Shown: positions 30,740 to 40,934 of the stretch, in pieces
Position numbering within the stretch: the stretch's first letter is position 1
Layout: the number at the start of each line of letters is the position of its first letter
From: a virus
Taxonomy: Duplodnaviria > Heunggongvirae > Uroviricota > Caudoviricetes
Virus record (IMG/VR): IMGVR_UViG_3300011972_000167
Direction: 5' to 3' (one strand)
Length of the DNA stretch: 64,000 bases
The notes under the pieces: model-generated
The model's input: only the letters and a program-made list of their open reading frames with translations
What the model was told of the DNA's origin: nothing
Databases searched by the model: none
Program-made: the position numbers and the translations under genes

Positions 30740-31861
30740 ATGATGACACCATTAAAGAATTTAGCTTTTGTAACTAAGGAAGTAAACTCTTTGGATATGT
30801 TAGCTATAAAAAAGAAAGATTCAGCAGCTTTGCTTAGAAACATTAATATAGCAAGTTATTTTGGGGGAACAGATTTTAAGTTAGTTACTGACTTAAATCA
30901 AAAGGCTAGTTTAATAAAAAGCTGTGAGTTTGTAAATTTCAGCTTAAATAATGGAGAGATAGTTTATGAAGGATACTCTTGTATCTTTGGAAAACAGGTA
31001 AGAAGTAAGGGAATAGTAACCTATGTTATTTTATCTGATATTAAAAAGAATGATGACATAGTAGGTTATGTAGTAGCTTATGAAGATAAAGCAGGAGTTC
31101 ACATAAAGATAATTAAATTAGATGATGCGTTAAAGATTTGTAAGAAATATCTTGAGCATGATTACAGAGCATTTCAAAATGGAATATATGTAAGTGCTAC
31201 TGAAGATAAGAGAGATTTTATAAGGTCACATAGTATAGAGTTTATGAGCACTTCTTTGAAAGTCCAAAGAGCAAAGCCAAAAGCTATACCAAATAAGCCA
31301 GATGATATTAAAAAGGCTGAAAATCTTGATAATACGGGAGGATTTAGCAAAGAGCAGTTAGCATTGTTAAAGAAGTATAAGGAATTAGGTATGCCAATTA
31401 AAAAGATAGCTAATCCTAATTTATCTGTAGAACAGATGGAAATACTAATGCAACTAGAAAAAACTGGTGCAGACTGTAGTTACTTTGCAGACCCTAAAGC
31501 CAGTGTAGATACTATAAAGTTCTATTTAGCAGATGCTTTATCTGGTTCAGCAAAGGATATAGAAAATTATGTTTATTTGGATTTAAGTCCGTCACAATTA
31601 GCTGAGGTATCTTTAGGATACGCAAATGGAATAGATTATCCTCAATATGCAGACAAGTTGATACCTGCTACAGAGATGGCAGAAATCAGAATAAGATTAG
31701 AGAGTGGCTTTTGGGATAAAGGAGTAGTACCTGCTGATGATATATTCAGCTTGAAGTTAAGAAGTGAAAAGTCAAAGCTTGGGGAAAATTCAGAAAAAAG
31801 TAATAAGATTGATAGTAAGTTGGATGAAATTAATTCACTTAAAAAGAAATACAGAGCATAG
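30740..31861 (+). CDS. Hypothetical protein with C-terminal short helical repeats
   Basis: Repeating FSKEQL/ANPNLSVEQM/ADPKAS/YADKLI units; N-terminal IVGYVV motif shared with other ORFs in the window. Confidence 0.7.
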   Translation: MMTPLKNLAFVTKEVNSLDMLAIKKKDSAALLRNINIASYFGGTDFKLVTDLNQKASLIKSCEFVNFSLNNGEIVYEGYSCIFGKQVRSKGIVTYVILSDIKKNDDIVGYVVAYEDKAGVHIKIIKLDDALKICKKYLEHDYRAFQNGIYVSATEDKRDFIRSHSIEFMSTSLKVQRAKPKAIPNKPDDIKKAENLDNTGGFSKEQLALLKKYKELGMPIKKIANPNLSVEQMEILMQLEKTGADCSYFADPKASVDTIKFYLADALSGSAKDIENYVYLDLSPSQLAEVSLGYANGIDYPQYADKLIPATEMAEIRIRLESGFWDKGVVPADDIFSLKLRSEKSKLGENSEKSNKIDSKLDEINSLKKKYRA

Positions 31862-31873
31862 TAGCTAAATTTT

Positions 31874-31918
31874 TAGAACAGTAGTGTTATTTTTGGTATG
31901 CACTGCTGTTCTATTTTT
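31874..31918 (+). terminator. Intrinsic terminator
   Basis: TAGAACAGTAGTG/CACTGCTGTTCTA stem + T tract. Confidence 0.7.
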
Positions 31919-31970
31919 ATGCCAATTTGTAGTAATTCTAAAATATAATTTTAAGTGGAGATGTTAGTTT

Positions 31971-33677
31971 ATGGGAATAGGTAAAGATTTTGATAGTGAA
32001 GTTAAAAATAATGAAAGTTTAGGAGAATTTTACACGCCTTTACAAATAAGTAAGAACTTAAGGGAAGCTACTGCTGGTGCATTAGGGAGTAATTTTGAAA
32101 AGGAGTTTGTTATTTGGGATTGTTGTTGTGGTAGATTTGCTTTAACTAAAGGATTGCAGACAGATGATTATTCCAATGTTTATTGCTCTACAATAAGAGC
32201 TGTTGATATCAGAAAAAGCAGAGCAGAAAAGGGAATTAAATTTACTTATGATTTTTTGAATGATGACTGTGAGAAGTTGATAGATACTGCTGAATTTATG
32301 TTTGGTGAATATAAAATGCCAGAAAGTTTATTAGCAGAGTTTAACAATCCTAACGGGAAACCTATATTATTTTATATAAATCCGCCTTATGCCAATCATA
32401 GTATAGCTGGTGTTAATTCTGAGTCTAGGGGAAGTGATTTCTCAAACAACATAATACAAGACACTATGAATGGATTAGGAACTGCCAGAACTCAATTACT
32501 GGCTCAGTTTTTATATAGAATAATGTTAATGAAACAGCTATATTCAAATAAAAAGATTTATATAAGTATAATTATGCCTGATAAATATTTATCTTTGCGT
32601 TCCTATAAAGATTTTAGGCGTAAGTTTTTTAAGAAATTTAAGTTTATTACAGGTAATAGGTTTCCTGCAACAGAGTTCAGTGGTTTGTCAAATGAGTTTT
32701 GCATAAGTAATTTAGTATTTTCTCCTGTTGAAAATGGAAATATACCTACAGAGTTTATATTAAAACATTATAAAACAGTAGATAATGTATTTGTGTATCA
32801 ATATGATAAGTTGGTATACAACTACGATAATAAAGAAACAGATTATAATGAATATATTAAATCTATTGGCTTTTGTGATAATATTGAATTAGCACCTTTG
32901 ATGATGAATAGTGGATCTAACTTATTAACAAATAACAGTATTTATTGGGATAAAGACTCTATAGGATGTATATTTAATTACGGAACTAGCATAGGTTCTT
33001 GTTTATCTAAATTAGGTGCTGTCAGTTTTCCTTTTTCTCAAGGTTCAAATATAAGTATCACTAAAAGTAATATAAAAGATTTATTGTTGCATTATTCTGT
33101 TAAATCTATTTCTTTAGCTTTACTTAGGGGCAGTGATTTTAATAATGATGAGTTTTTAATGCCAGATATTAGTTCCAGTGCATATAAAATATTAAGAGAT
33201 AATGCTATACTTGTAAGTTTATTTGCTAATAATTCTCATTTTATAGGATGTGAATTTAACGGATACAGGTATTATAATAAGTTTTTACATTCAAAGGAAC
33301 TTTATGAAAGCTTAAAATGTATAAAAGTAAGTTCAGAAGATACCTTAGATATAGAAAAGACATTTGATAGCATAGATTGGTTTGTAAGTGATGCATTAAA
33401 AGCTGATTTTGATAGTGGGAGTATTCTAAAAACTGGTATAGATTTTTATAATAGCTTAGAAAGTAACTTTAGATTAGCATTTTCAAGTAGAAAGGAATTT
33501 TACAAGTCACATCCTGAGTATCAAAGTAAGTTTTTTGATTTAGGTTGGTATCAAGTAAAATTTATAATGAAAGAGTTATATCCTTTAGAGTACAAGGAGA
33601 ACAGAAGATTATACAGAGAGTATATAAAGGATTTATTGGATTTGATATATAAAGCAGGCTTTTTAAGGAGGTTGTAG
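31971..33677 (+). CDS. Amino (N6-adenine type) DNA methyltransferase
   Basis: GEFYTP, IWDCCCG (SAM-binding motif I), YDFL, catalytic NPPY. Confidence 0.8.
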   Translation: MGIGKDFDSEVKNNESLGEFYTPLQISKNLREATAGALGSNFEKEFVIWDCCCGRFALTKGLQTDDYSNVYCSTIRAVDIRKSRAEKGIKFTYDFLNDDCEKLIDTAEFMFGEYKMPESLLAEFNNPNGKPILFYINPPYANHSIAGVNSESRGSDFSNNIIQDTMNGLGTARTQLLAQFLYRIMLMKQLYSNKKIYISIIMPDKYLSLRSYKDFRRKFFKKFKFITGNRFPATEFSGLSNEFCISNLVFSPVENGNIPTEFILKHYKTVDNVFVYQYDKLVYNYDNKETDYNEYIKSIGFCDNIELAPLMMNSGSNLLTNNSIYWDKDSIGCIFNYGTSIGSCLSKLGAVSFPFSQGSNISITKSNIKDLLLHYSVKSISLALLRGSDFNNDEFLMPDISSSAYKILRDNAILVSLFANNSHFIGCEFNGYRYYNKFLHSKELYESLKCIKVSSEDTLDIEKTFDSIDWFVSDALKADFDSGSILKTGIDFYNSLESNFRLAFSSRKEFYKSHPEYQSKFFDLGWYQVKFIMKELYPLEYKENRRLYREYIKDLLDLIYKAGFLRRL

Positions 33678-35188
33678 TGCTAGTTTTATTTCATAGTGAT
33701 TATTATAAATTAGTGTGTATTTTGAATAAAAAAACAGGTAAGCTAGCTATAGCTAGCTATGATATGGCTAAAAAGCATTTAGGTGAAGATTTAGATGTAT
33801 TAATAAAAAGTTCAGTTGAAATAGAAAGTTTATCTGTTAATAATATAGACAATTATAAGTATTTTTGTAACTGTAATTTCAGTAATAATTCTATAGAAAT
33901 ATGCAGAGGAGCTAATATAAAAACTAAAGATTTTTATACTAATAATTTAGATACTCCCAAAGGAAAGTTAAGATATGCAATTTATAATGAGTGTAAGAGT
34001 AACAGTATAGATTTTGGAGATGAAGATATTGAGGACAGTAATGATGACACTAAGGTTTATGATACTAACTGTGATAAGTGTAAGGGTTTAGGTTATTATA
34101 TTGAGAATGGTTTGCAAATACAGTGTAATTGCTATGAAAAAGTAAAAGAAACCAGCAGATTAGATAAAACAACCAATATACCAACTAATATAACTGCTGT
34201 AACTAAAGAAAATTGTGTAAGTATAGGTTTAGTGCCTGAAGAATATAGTGATTGCAAATTTGATTCAGCTAAGATATTGGATAATATTAATAAAGTAGGA
34301 AAAAGTATAGAAGAGTTCAGAGTAGTAAACTCTGATAAATTTATGGAAACTTTGAACTCCATATTGATAGCTTGTAAAACAGGTAGTAAGCTTAAGTATA
34401 GCTACCTATTAGCTTGTGATAAAGGTTTAGGAAAAAACGAGTTTGTTTATGAGTGTATACAACATTTATATCAAAGAAATCAGACTTGTTGCAGATATAT
34501 AAGTTTACAGGAACTAGGGGCAATAAGGGGAGAGTACATTAAGCAATCTCAAGCTTTAACTAATTTAGGCTATTATTACAGAGATACTGATAGACAGCTA
34601 TTAGAAAGAACAATAGAAGAAGAGGGTAAAAATATAATAAGGGCTTTGTTAAAAGATTGGATAAGTGTTGAACCTAAAGCTAATAACAAAGACCTTAAAA
34701 AGAGCATGGACTTACTTGAAAAAACCTTGTTGGATAGGATTTATACTAAAACAGCTCAAGACGAAAGACTTATAAATGAATATGAAGATACTAAGTATAG
34801 AATAGTAAATACTTGGGAAGATTATTTAACTTATCCATTAGTTTTTGTATATTTCAGTGGTAGCTTAGACAGGCACTATGAAACAGAGGTTTTGCAAGAA
34901 TTATTAAATATAAGAGGAGCAAAAGCATTGCCAACTGTTTGTTTATTAGAAAGTTCTTTAGGTATATTTAAGGATGAGCCAACCTATTTTGACAACGGAA
35001 AGGGTGGAACTGTAATAGACATAGCTAAGACAAAGAGCTATTTTTGGCTTAATATGTTAAGCAATAGTAGTTGCATAACAGATAGTAATGCAATAGATTT
35101 AGATAGTGGTGATATAGAATATGATAGAATGAAGTACATAAATTGTTATATAGATTATAAAGGTAGATTAAAATACAGTTTAGGTTAA
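33677..35188 (+). CDS. DnaC/IstB-like loader-type protein with zinc finger
   Basis: CDKCKGLG...QCNC zinc motif, then VPEEYSDCKF and degenerate P-loop LLACDKGLGKN; ELLNIR...LPT. Confidence 0.55.
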   Translation: MLVLFHSDYYKLVCILNKKTGKLAIASYDMAKKHLGEDLDVLIKSSVEIESLSVNNIDNYKYFCNCNFSNNSIEICRGANIKTKDFYTNNLDTPKGKLRYAIYNECKSNSIDFGDEDIEDSNDDTKVYDTNCDKCKGLGYYIENGLQIQCNCYEKVKETSRLDKTTNIPTNITAVTKENCVSIGLVPEEYSDCKFDSAKILDNINKVGKSIEEFRVVNSDKFMETLNSILIACKTGSKLKYSYLLACDKGLGKNEFVYECIQHLYQRNQTCCRYISLQELGAIRGEYIKQSQALTNLGYYYRDTDRQLLERTIEEEGKNIIRALLKDWISVEPKANNKDLKKSMDLLEKTLLDRIYTKTAQDERLINEYEDTKYRIVNTWEDYLTYPLVFVYFSGSLDRHYETEVLQELLNIRGAKALPTVCLLESSLGIFKDEPTYFDNGKGGTVIDIAKTKSYFWLNMLSNSSCITDSNAIDLDSGDIEYDRMKYINCYIDYKGRLKYSLG

Positions 35189-35211
35189 GTACTTTAGAGA
35201 GGATACATGGA

Positions 35212-35466
35212 ATGAATAATAAAAATAATTTAGATAAAGAGTTAGTACTAAAAGGAAAAATTAGGTGCAAGCACTGCGAAAAGGAGAGTTTGCTATTAAA
35301 GTGGGATTTAGCCACTAAGAATAATTGCAATACCAGAGAGCAGAGAAGAGCCTATGTAAGCTTAGAGCAAAAAAAGGCTTACAGTGGAAATTACATTTAC
35401 GAGTGTCCTAACTGTGGGGTAGGAACTAATGGTAAACATATAAAAGTGTTTTTAACCAAAGAGTAA
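35212..35466 (+). CDS. Small zinc-ribbon protein
   Basis: CKHC and CPNC pairs. Confidence 0.7.
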   Translation: MNNKNNLDKELVLKGKIRCKHCEKESLLLKWDLATKNNCNTREQRRAYVSLEQKKAYSGNYIYECPNCGVGTNGKHIKVFLTKE

Positions 35467-35507
35467 TAAGAAATAATAAAATATTTAGTTTATTTGGAGG
35501 TTAAATT

Positions 35508-37589
35508 ATGTATTACGGTAGTGAGAGCGTTAGCTTTTTGAAAGGAGCAGATCCTTATAGAGAAAGACCTGCTTCTGTACTTGGAACAGATGATTGGCGT
35601 GGTATATTGCATGCTATATTTGAGGTAGTTACAAACTCTACTGATGAAGTATCAGAGGGTTTTGGTAAAGAAGTTATATTAAATGTTTTTAATGATGGTA
35701 GTGTTGAAGTTAAAGACTTTGGGCGTGGTGTTCCAATGGGCTGGAACTCTAAAGAAAATAAGTATGCTTGGGAAATTGTTTTTTGTACTATGTATGGATC
35801 TGGTAAGTTTGACAGTTCTAATTATAAAAAGAGTGCTGGGCTTAATGGAATTGGAGATACAGCGGCTCAATTTACATCTGAATACATGGATGTTATTTCA
35901 GTCAGAGATGAGATAAAGAATAAAACAGTGGATAAGAATGGAAAAGAGCATTTAGAACTTCATAGAGTGAGATTTGAAATGCACTTTAAGAAAGGTTATC
36001 CTGTAAGTGAACTTAAGCAAGAGGTTGTAGATAGTAGTACACCTACTGGAACTACTATCAAGTTTAAGCCTGATATAGAAGTGTTTAAGGGTGCTGAAAC
36101 CATTAAAATTCCAATAGAACATTATATAACTAAGTTAAGACAAAAGGCTATGATATCTGCTGGTGTAAAGTTTATACTAAAGTATGAGAACAGAGAGCCA
36201 ATAATTTTATTATATAATGGTGGAATTAAAGAATATTTAGAGCAAGAGGTTAAATCTAAAGTAACAAATGACTTTATAGAAGTCAGTACGGAGGGAGTAG
36301 GACAAGACAGAGAGAACGGAGAAACTTATAAGGCATACTGTGATTCTTTCTTTAGCTTTTCCAAGGATACATCTTTATTAGAGTGCTATCATAACCAAGA
36401 GGAATTACAGTTTGGTGGAAGTTCTTCGGATTCATTAAAAAGCTCTATAGTTAAGTTTTTTAATAACTATGGAAAATTAAGTAAAGATGACAGGCTTATA
36501 TGGAAAGATTTTGCTGACATAACAGTTTGTGTACTTTCAACTTTCTGTCCGGGTCACCTTACAAGTTGGTTTGGTCAGACCAAGGATGCTATAAATAATA
36601 AGTTTATAGGTGATTTAACAAGAGATAGTGTTTATAGGGCTTTAGAAAATTATGCTTTGATAGATGAAGATGGTATTAAATCAGCTTTAGAGTTGGCAAA
36701 GGCTAATAAAGAGGCTAGAGAAAAGTTAGAGAAGTTTAAGAAGAATACTATCAGGGAACTTTCAAAAAGCACTGAGGGGTATAAAACTGCTCCTAATAAA
36801 TTAGTAAGATGTACTGGTAAGAATAAAAAAGAAAGTGAACTCTATATAGTTGAGGGTGATTCAGCCAAAGGACCCGTTTGTCTTAGTCGAGATGCAGCTA
36901 CACAGGCAGTATTAGCATCTAGGGGTAAGATACTTAATTGTCAAAAAGCAACATTTGAAAAGATTATATCTTCTGATGAAATCCTTAATTTCATAAGAAG
37001 TTTAGGTTGTGGAATAGAGAGAAGAGTTGAAGGACTTGAGGAATTACCTGAATTTGATATAAGCAAGTTAAATTATAATAAGATTATATTATGTTGTGAT
37101 GCGGACTTTGATGGTAAGCATATTATAACATTGTATTTAACTTGTATATGGTATTTAATGCCATCCTTAATTAAAGAGGGTAAGGTTTACATAGTTGAGC
37201 CACCATTGTATGCAATCAGCCATGGTAGAGATGAAAAGAAAAGTACAGTTTATGCGTATAATAAAACTGAATTAGATAGAGAGATTGAATTACTTACTGA
37301 AAAAGGAATAATCAAGTCAAAGATAAATATTAAGCGTATGAAAGGTTTAGGAGAGAGTAATGCTGCTGAAATGAGTATTACAATCATGGATAAGGAAACA
37401 AGGCGTTTAATAAAGGTAGAGTACCCTAAAGATGAGGAAAGATTTAATGTTCTTATAGAGAGTTTAATGGGTAATTCAGTAGCTGACAGAAGAGACATTA
37501 TAGATGTTTATTTTGACAGTGAGTTTGAAGAATTAAGCTTTGATGATGAAGATGATTTATACTCTAGAGAAAGTGTTTTAGGCTTTTAG
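35508..37589 (+). CDS. gyrB: Type IIA topoisomerase subunit B (GyrB/ParE)
   Basis: GHKL motifs EVVTNSTDE, DFGRGVP, GLNGIG; TOPRIM EGDSA, RGKILN, DADFDG; KRMKGLGE. Confidence 0.93.
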   Translation: MYYGSESVSFLKGADPYRERPASVLGTDDWRGILHAIFEVVTNSTDEVSEGFGKEVILNVFNDGSVEVKDFGRGVPMGWNSKENKYAWEIVFCTMYGSGKFDSSNYKKSAGLNGIGDTAAQFTSEYMDVISVRDEIKNKTVDKNGKEHLELHRVRFEMHFKKGYPVSELKQEVVDSSTPTGTTIKFKPDIEVFKGAETIKIPIEHYITKLRQKAMISAGVKFILKYENREPIILLYNGGIKEYLEQEVKSKVTNDFIEVSTEGVGQDRENGETYKAYCDSFFSFSKDTSLLECYHNQEELQFGGSSSDSLKSSIVKFFNNYGKLSKDDRLIWKDFADITVCVLSTFCPGHLTSWFGQTKDAINNKFIGDLTRDSVYRALENYALIDEDGIKSALELAKANKEAREKLEKFKKNTIRELSKSTEGYKTAPNKLVRCTGKNKKESELYIVEGDSAKGPVCLSRDAATQAVLASRGKILNCQKATFEKIISSDEILNFIRSLGCGIERRVEGLEELPEFDISKLNYNKIILCCDADFDGKHIITLYLTCIWYLMPSLIKEGKVYIVEPPLYAISHGRDEKKSTVYAYNKTELDREIELLTEKGIIKSKINIKRMKGLGESNAAEMSITIMDKETRRLIKVEYPKDEERFNVLIESLMGNSVADRRDIIDVYFDSEFEELSFDDEDDLYSRESVLGF

Positions 37590-37599
37590 TGCGAATTAT

Positions 37600-37640
37600 A
37601 AAAGGGATATGCGTTTGATATAAACTTATATCCCTTTTAG
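37600..37640 (+). terminator. Intrinsic terminator
   Basis: AAAAGGGATAT/ATATCCCTTTT stem. Confidence 0.7.
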
Positions 37641-37723
37641 TTTGCTTAGTTAAATAAGTTTTATAATTTTATAGCTTAAAATGTATAATTTATATAAGGT
37701 TAAATTTTTAATGGAGGACTGAT

Positions 37724-38587
37724 TTGATTATGAATATTTTGAATGATTTATCTAAGATACCTGAGGGAATGTATTTTAAGGCTATAAAAACTTTAGAGAT
37801 AATACAGGTAGTATTATTAAACAAAGAGAGTAAGAAGAAGTATAAGGATAGAAAAGATTTTAATAATGAAAAGGACATAGTAGTTGTAGCTGGAGATAAA
37901 GAATATATAAACAGATTTTTCAGCAGAGATGATATAGTTAAGAACTTTACTAATTTGAATGGAACTAAGATAAAACTAGGTGGTTGGCATAACAATACTA
38001 AGTATAATTTATGTAGGTTAGTTAATAAGCCTGTAGCCATCTTAAAAGTACCTAACAGCTTGTCTGGAGTAAAGTCAAAGTATAAATCAAGTTTATTTGT
38101 TTTTAATATAAATAATGATAAAATAGATACTGGCAAATATTATGTGGTTAAAAGTAAAGGAGACCTCAAGCTTTTTAGAATAACTCATAAGGTTGTAGCT
38201 AAGCCTAATATAGAAGAGGCTAAGAAACAATTAAAAGAGAGGGCAACTGTTATAGATATGACTAAAGAGCGTATAGAAATGGAGAATAAGACATATAGAA
38301 ATCCATTACTTGAAAAGAAAGAAGAAGATGTTATCTTAGGTGCTCCATATACTGTAATCTGTTCTTTATTAAAGAGAAATAATGTAGGAAAGAGTATTAA
38401 GGTAGGTTTCAGAGTTAAAAGAAAGAAAGACGGAGTAGAAAGGGATTGTAACTTTGTAAATGTAAAGAAAATGTGTATAAGCAGAGAGATAGATAATATA
38501 ACTATAGTGCATGTGGAAGAAACTGGAAAAGAGCATTTCAGAGGTGTTGGAATAAAGATAGAAAATTTGCCAACAAAATATGTTTAG
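37724..38587 (+). CDS. Basic hypothetical protein between topoisomerase subunits
   Basis: 287-aa ORF with GGAGG SD; C-terminal VGFRV...IDN...FRGVG motif related to the N-termini of 27040 and 62804. Confidence 0.7.
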   Translation: MIMNILNDLSKIPEGMYFKAIKTLEIIQVVLLNKESKKKYKDRKDFNNEKDIVVVAGDKEYINRFFSRDDIVKNFTNLNGTKIKLGGWHNNTKYNLCRLVNKPVAILKVPNSLSGVKSKYKSSLFVFNINNDKIDTGKYYVVKSKGDLKLFRITHKVVAKPNIEEAKKQLKERATVIDMTKERIEMENKTYRNPLLEKKEEDVILGAPYTVICSLLKRNNVGKSIKVGFRVKRKKDGVERDCNFVNVKKMCISREIDNITIVHVEETGKEHFRGVGIKIENLPTKYV

Positions 38588-38649
38588 CTTAAATTAGATA
38601 GTTTATCTGTAAAGTATATAGGGTATATTATAAAGCTTGGAGGTAATTA

Positions 38650-40863
38650 ATGAAACTTTGTAAACAAGATATCTCTGATGTATTTTTGAGAAATTATATA
38701 AATTATGCTATCTATGTGATTACTCAAAGAGCGTTAAGTGATTATAGAGATGGGTTAAAGCCTGTGCAGAGAAAGATACTGTATAGTATGCATGATAATA
38801 ACCAGTATTTAGATGCTAAGAATGGTAAGACATATAAGTCTGCTAGGGTTGTAGGTGATGTAATGGGTAAATATCATCCTCATGGAGATAGTGGTATTTA
38901 TGGAGCATTAGTTCAAATGACGGATGACTTTGATTATATGATGTTGCCTTTTGTAAGAGGAGAGGGAAATTTTGGCAGACCTTGGACTTCTGATACTTTT
39001 GCTAGTATGCGTTATACAGAGGTTGCACTTAATAAATGTGCAAGAGAGGCATTTGATGGAATAAAAGAAGATGCAATAGATATGGTACCAAACTATGATG
39101 ATTCTGAAGTAGAGCCTGAAGTACTTCCAATGAAATTCCCCTCGATTTTAGTTAATAATACTATGGGAATAGCTGTAGGATATGCTTCTAATATGCCAAT
39201 GTTCAGTATGGGAATAGTTTGTGAGGCAACAGCTAAAATGATTAAAGGTGAGATAAAAGACATAGATGATTTAATAGAGTTTATGAGTTATCCAGACTTT
39301 AAGACTAAGGCTAACTTACATAAAGATGATAAGGCTTTAAGAAGTTTATTTGAAGAAGGTAAGGGTAGTTTTAGTGTAAGTGGAACTGTATCATGTAAGG
39401 GTAATAAAATTCATGTTACGGAAGTTCCTCCTGCTGTAACAATAGAGAAAATTATGGAGCAAATAGGAGATGCCATAGATGCAAAGAGAATAACAGACAT
39501 AGTTGATTTTAAGAATAGTAGTGGTTCTCCTAGTAAGAGAAAGGGAGCAACTCTTGGAATTGAGATAGAATTAAAGAGGGGAGCAGACCCAAGAAAGGTA
39601 TTAACCCAATTATGTAAGTTTACTAGCTTAAGGGATACTATAAATTACAAGTTATTTGTTTTGATAGATAATAAGCCTTGTATAATAGGAATTTATGATT
39701 TGTTGACTAAGTGGATTGAGTGGAGGCAAACAGTAGTACAAAGGCAATATTCTTATAAAGCTAAAAGTGAATTAGAGAGTATACATTTACTTGAGGCTTT
39801 TGAATTAATAAAGGCTGATATAAAAGAGGTAGTCAGAATAATAGCCTCCTATAAAGAGTCTGAAGCTAATGAGATGTTAATGGACAACTATGGTTTAGAT
39901 AAAGAGCAGATAGAGTACTTGTATGAAAGAAAGATAAGAACTCTTACTCAAGATAAATTAGAGAATGAGCTTGCAAGATTATATAAGAAAAAAGAAACTG
40001 CTAAGTTTTATATGAGCATAGTAGAAGATAAAAATGCAAGATTAAAACTTATCACAGAACAGTTAGAAGAATTAGCTGTTATATATCCTAAAACAAGATA
40101 CAATAGGATTGTGGACAGTATAAAAACCAATGAAGAGGATGAACTCTTAAATGAAAAAGTAGAAGATGCTGAAGTTCACCTTTTAGTTACTGCTCGTGGC
40201 TATGTGAAAAGGGCAGTTAGTTTAGACGCTGTGTTAGACCTACAAGAAAAATATAAAGGAACTGATGATGAAATCATAAGGGTAATAAAAACCAATAATC
40301 TCGAAAGTTTATTAGTATTTACAAGTGATGGAGAGTGTATCAAGTATCCTGTACATAGAATAGATAATAATAGCCGTTCAAGATTTAATGAGAATATAAA
40401 GAATTTGTGTAAGTTACCAGATGGAAAAGAGGTTGTGTTCTTTGATTGTAGCGGAGATTATTCTAAAGAACTATTAATACTCTATTCAGATGGTAGGGCA
40501 AACTACTTAGCCTATGAATACCTTAATGGAAAGCGTAGTAAATATAGAAGTTTATATGCAAGCTTTGAGGGAGGTAAGGGCTTAGTAACTGATAGGATAG
40601 AGCCAATGTATTTAATTACGGATAAAGACAAGGCTGTATTTAATAATATGTGCGGATTTAATAATGCTGATGAGTTAGTAAGAGCATTTAAGCCTATGAA
40701 GTCTAAGTTTAGAATGGCTCAAATAGGAAATGATAATATAAAAGGTATTGTATACAAGAAAGATGCATTAGATATAGATACTAGTGAGTATGATAAGAGA
40801 TATGCTGTTAAGATAAGAACTCAAATATACGAGGGAGACAATAAGTTAGTTAAGTTATTGTAG
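38650..40863 (+). CDS. gyrA: Type IIA topoisomerase subunit A (GyrA/ParC)
   Basis: RDGLKPVQR, KSARVVG, YHPHGD, catalytic SMRYTE, GIAVG; no canonical GyrA-box seen. Confidence 0.93.
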   Translation: MKLCKQDISDVFLRNYINYAIYVITQRALSDYRDGLKPVQRKILYSMHDNNQYLDAKNGKTYKSARVVGDVMGKYHPHGDSGIYGALVQMTDDFDYMMLPFVRGEGNFGRPWTSDTFASMRYTEVALNKCAREAFDGIKEDAIDMVPNYDDSEVEPEVLPMKFPSILVNNTMGIAVGYASNMPMFSMGIVCEATAKMIKGEIKDIDDLIEFMSYPDFKTKANLHKDDKALRSLFEEGKGSFSVSGTVSCKGNKIHVTEVPPAVTIEKIMEQIGDAIDAKRITDIVDFKNSSGSPSKRKGATLGIEIELKRGADPRKVLTQLCKFTSLRDTINYKLFVLIDNKPCIIGIYDLLTKWIEWRQTVVQRQYSYKAKSELESIHLLEAFELIKADIKEVVRIIASYKESEANEMLMDNYGLDKEQIEYLYERKIRTLTQDKLENELARLYKKKETAKFYMSIVEDKNARLKLITEQLEELAVIYPKTRYNRIVDSIKTNEEDELLNEKVEDAEVHLLVTARGYVKRAVSLDAVLDLQEKYKGTDDEIIRVIKTNNLESLLVFTSDGECIKYPVHRIDNNSRSRFNENIKNLCKLPDGKEVVFFDCSGDYSKELLILYSDGRANYLAYEYLNGKRSKYRSLYASFEGGKGLVTDRIEPMYLITDKDKAVFNNMCGFNNADELVRAFKPMKSKFRMAQIGNDNIKGIVYKKDALDIDTSEYDKRYAVKIRTQIYEGDNKLVKLL

Positions 40864-40869
40864 TTAAGC

Positions 40870-40913
40870 AATTGAGTTAGGATTAGTTTATTAGCCCTAA
40901 CTCAATTAGTTTT
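40870..40913 (+). terminator. Hairpin/terminator
   Basis: AATTGAGTTAGG/CCTAACTCAATT stem. Confidence 0.6.
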
Positions 40914-40934
40914 ATTGAGTTTAGAGAGGATAAT

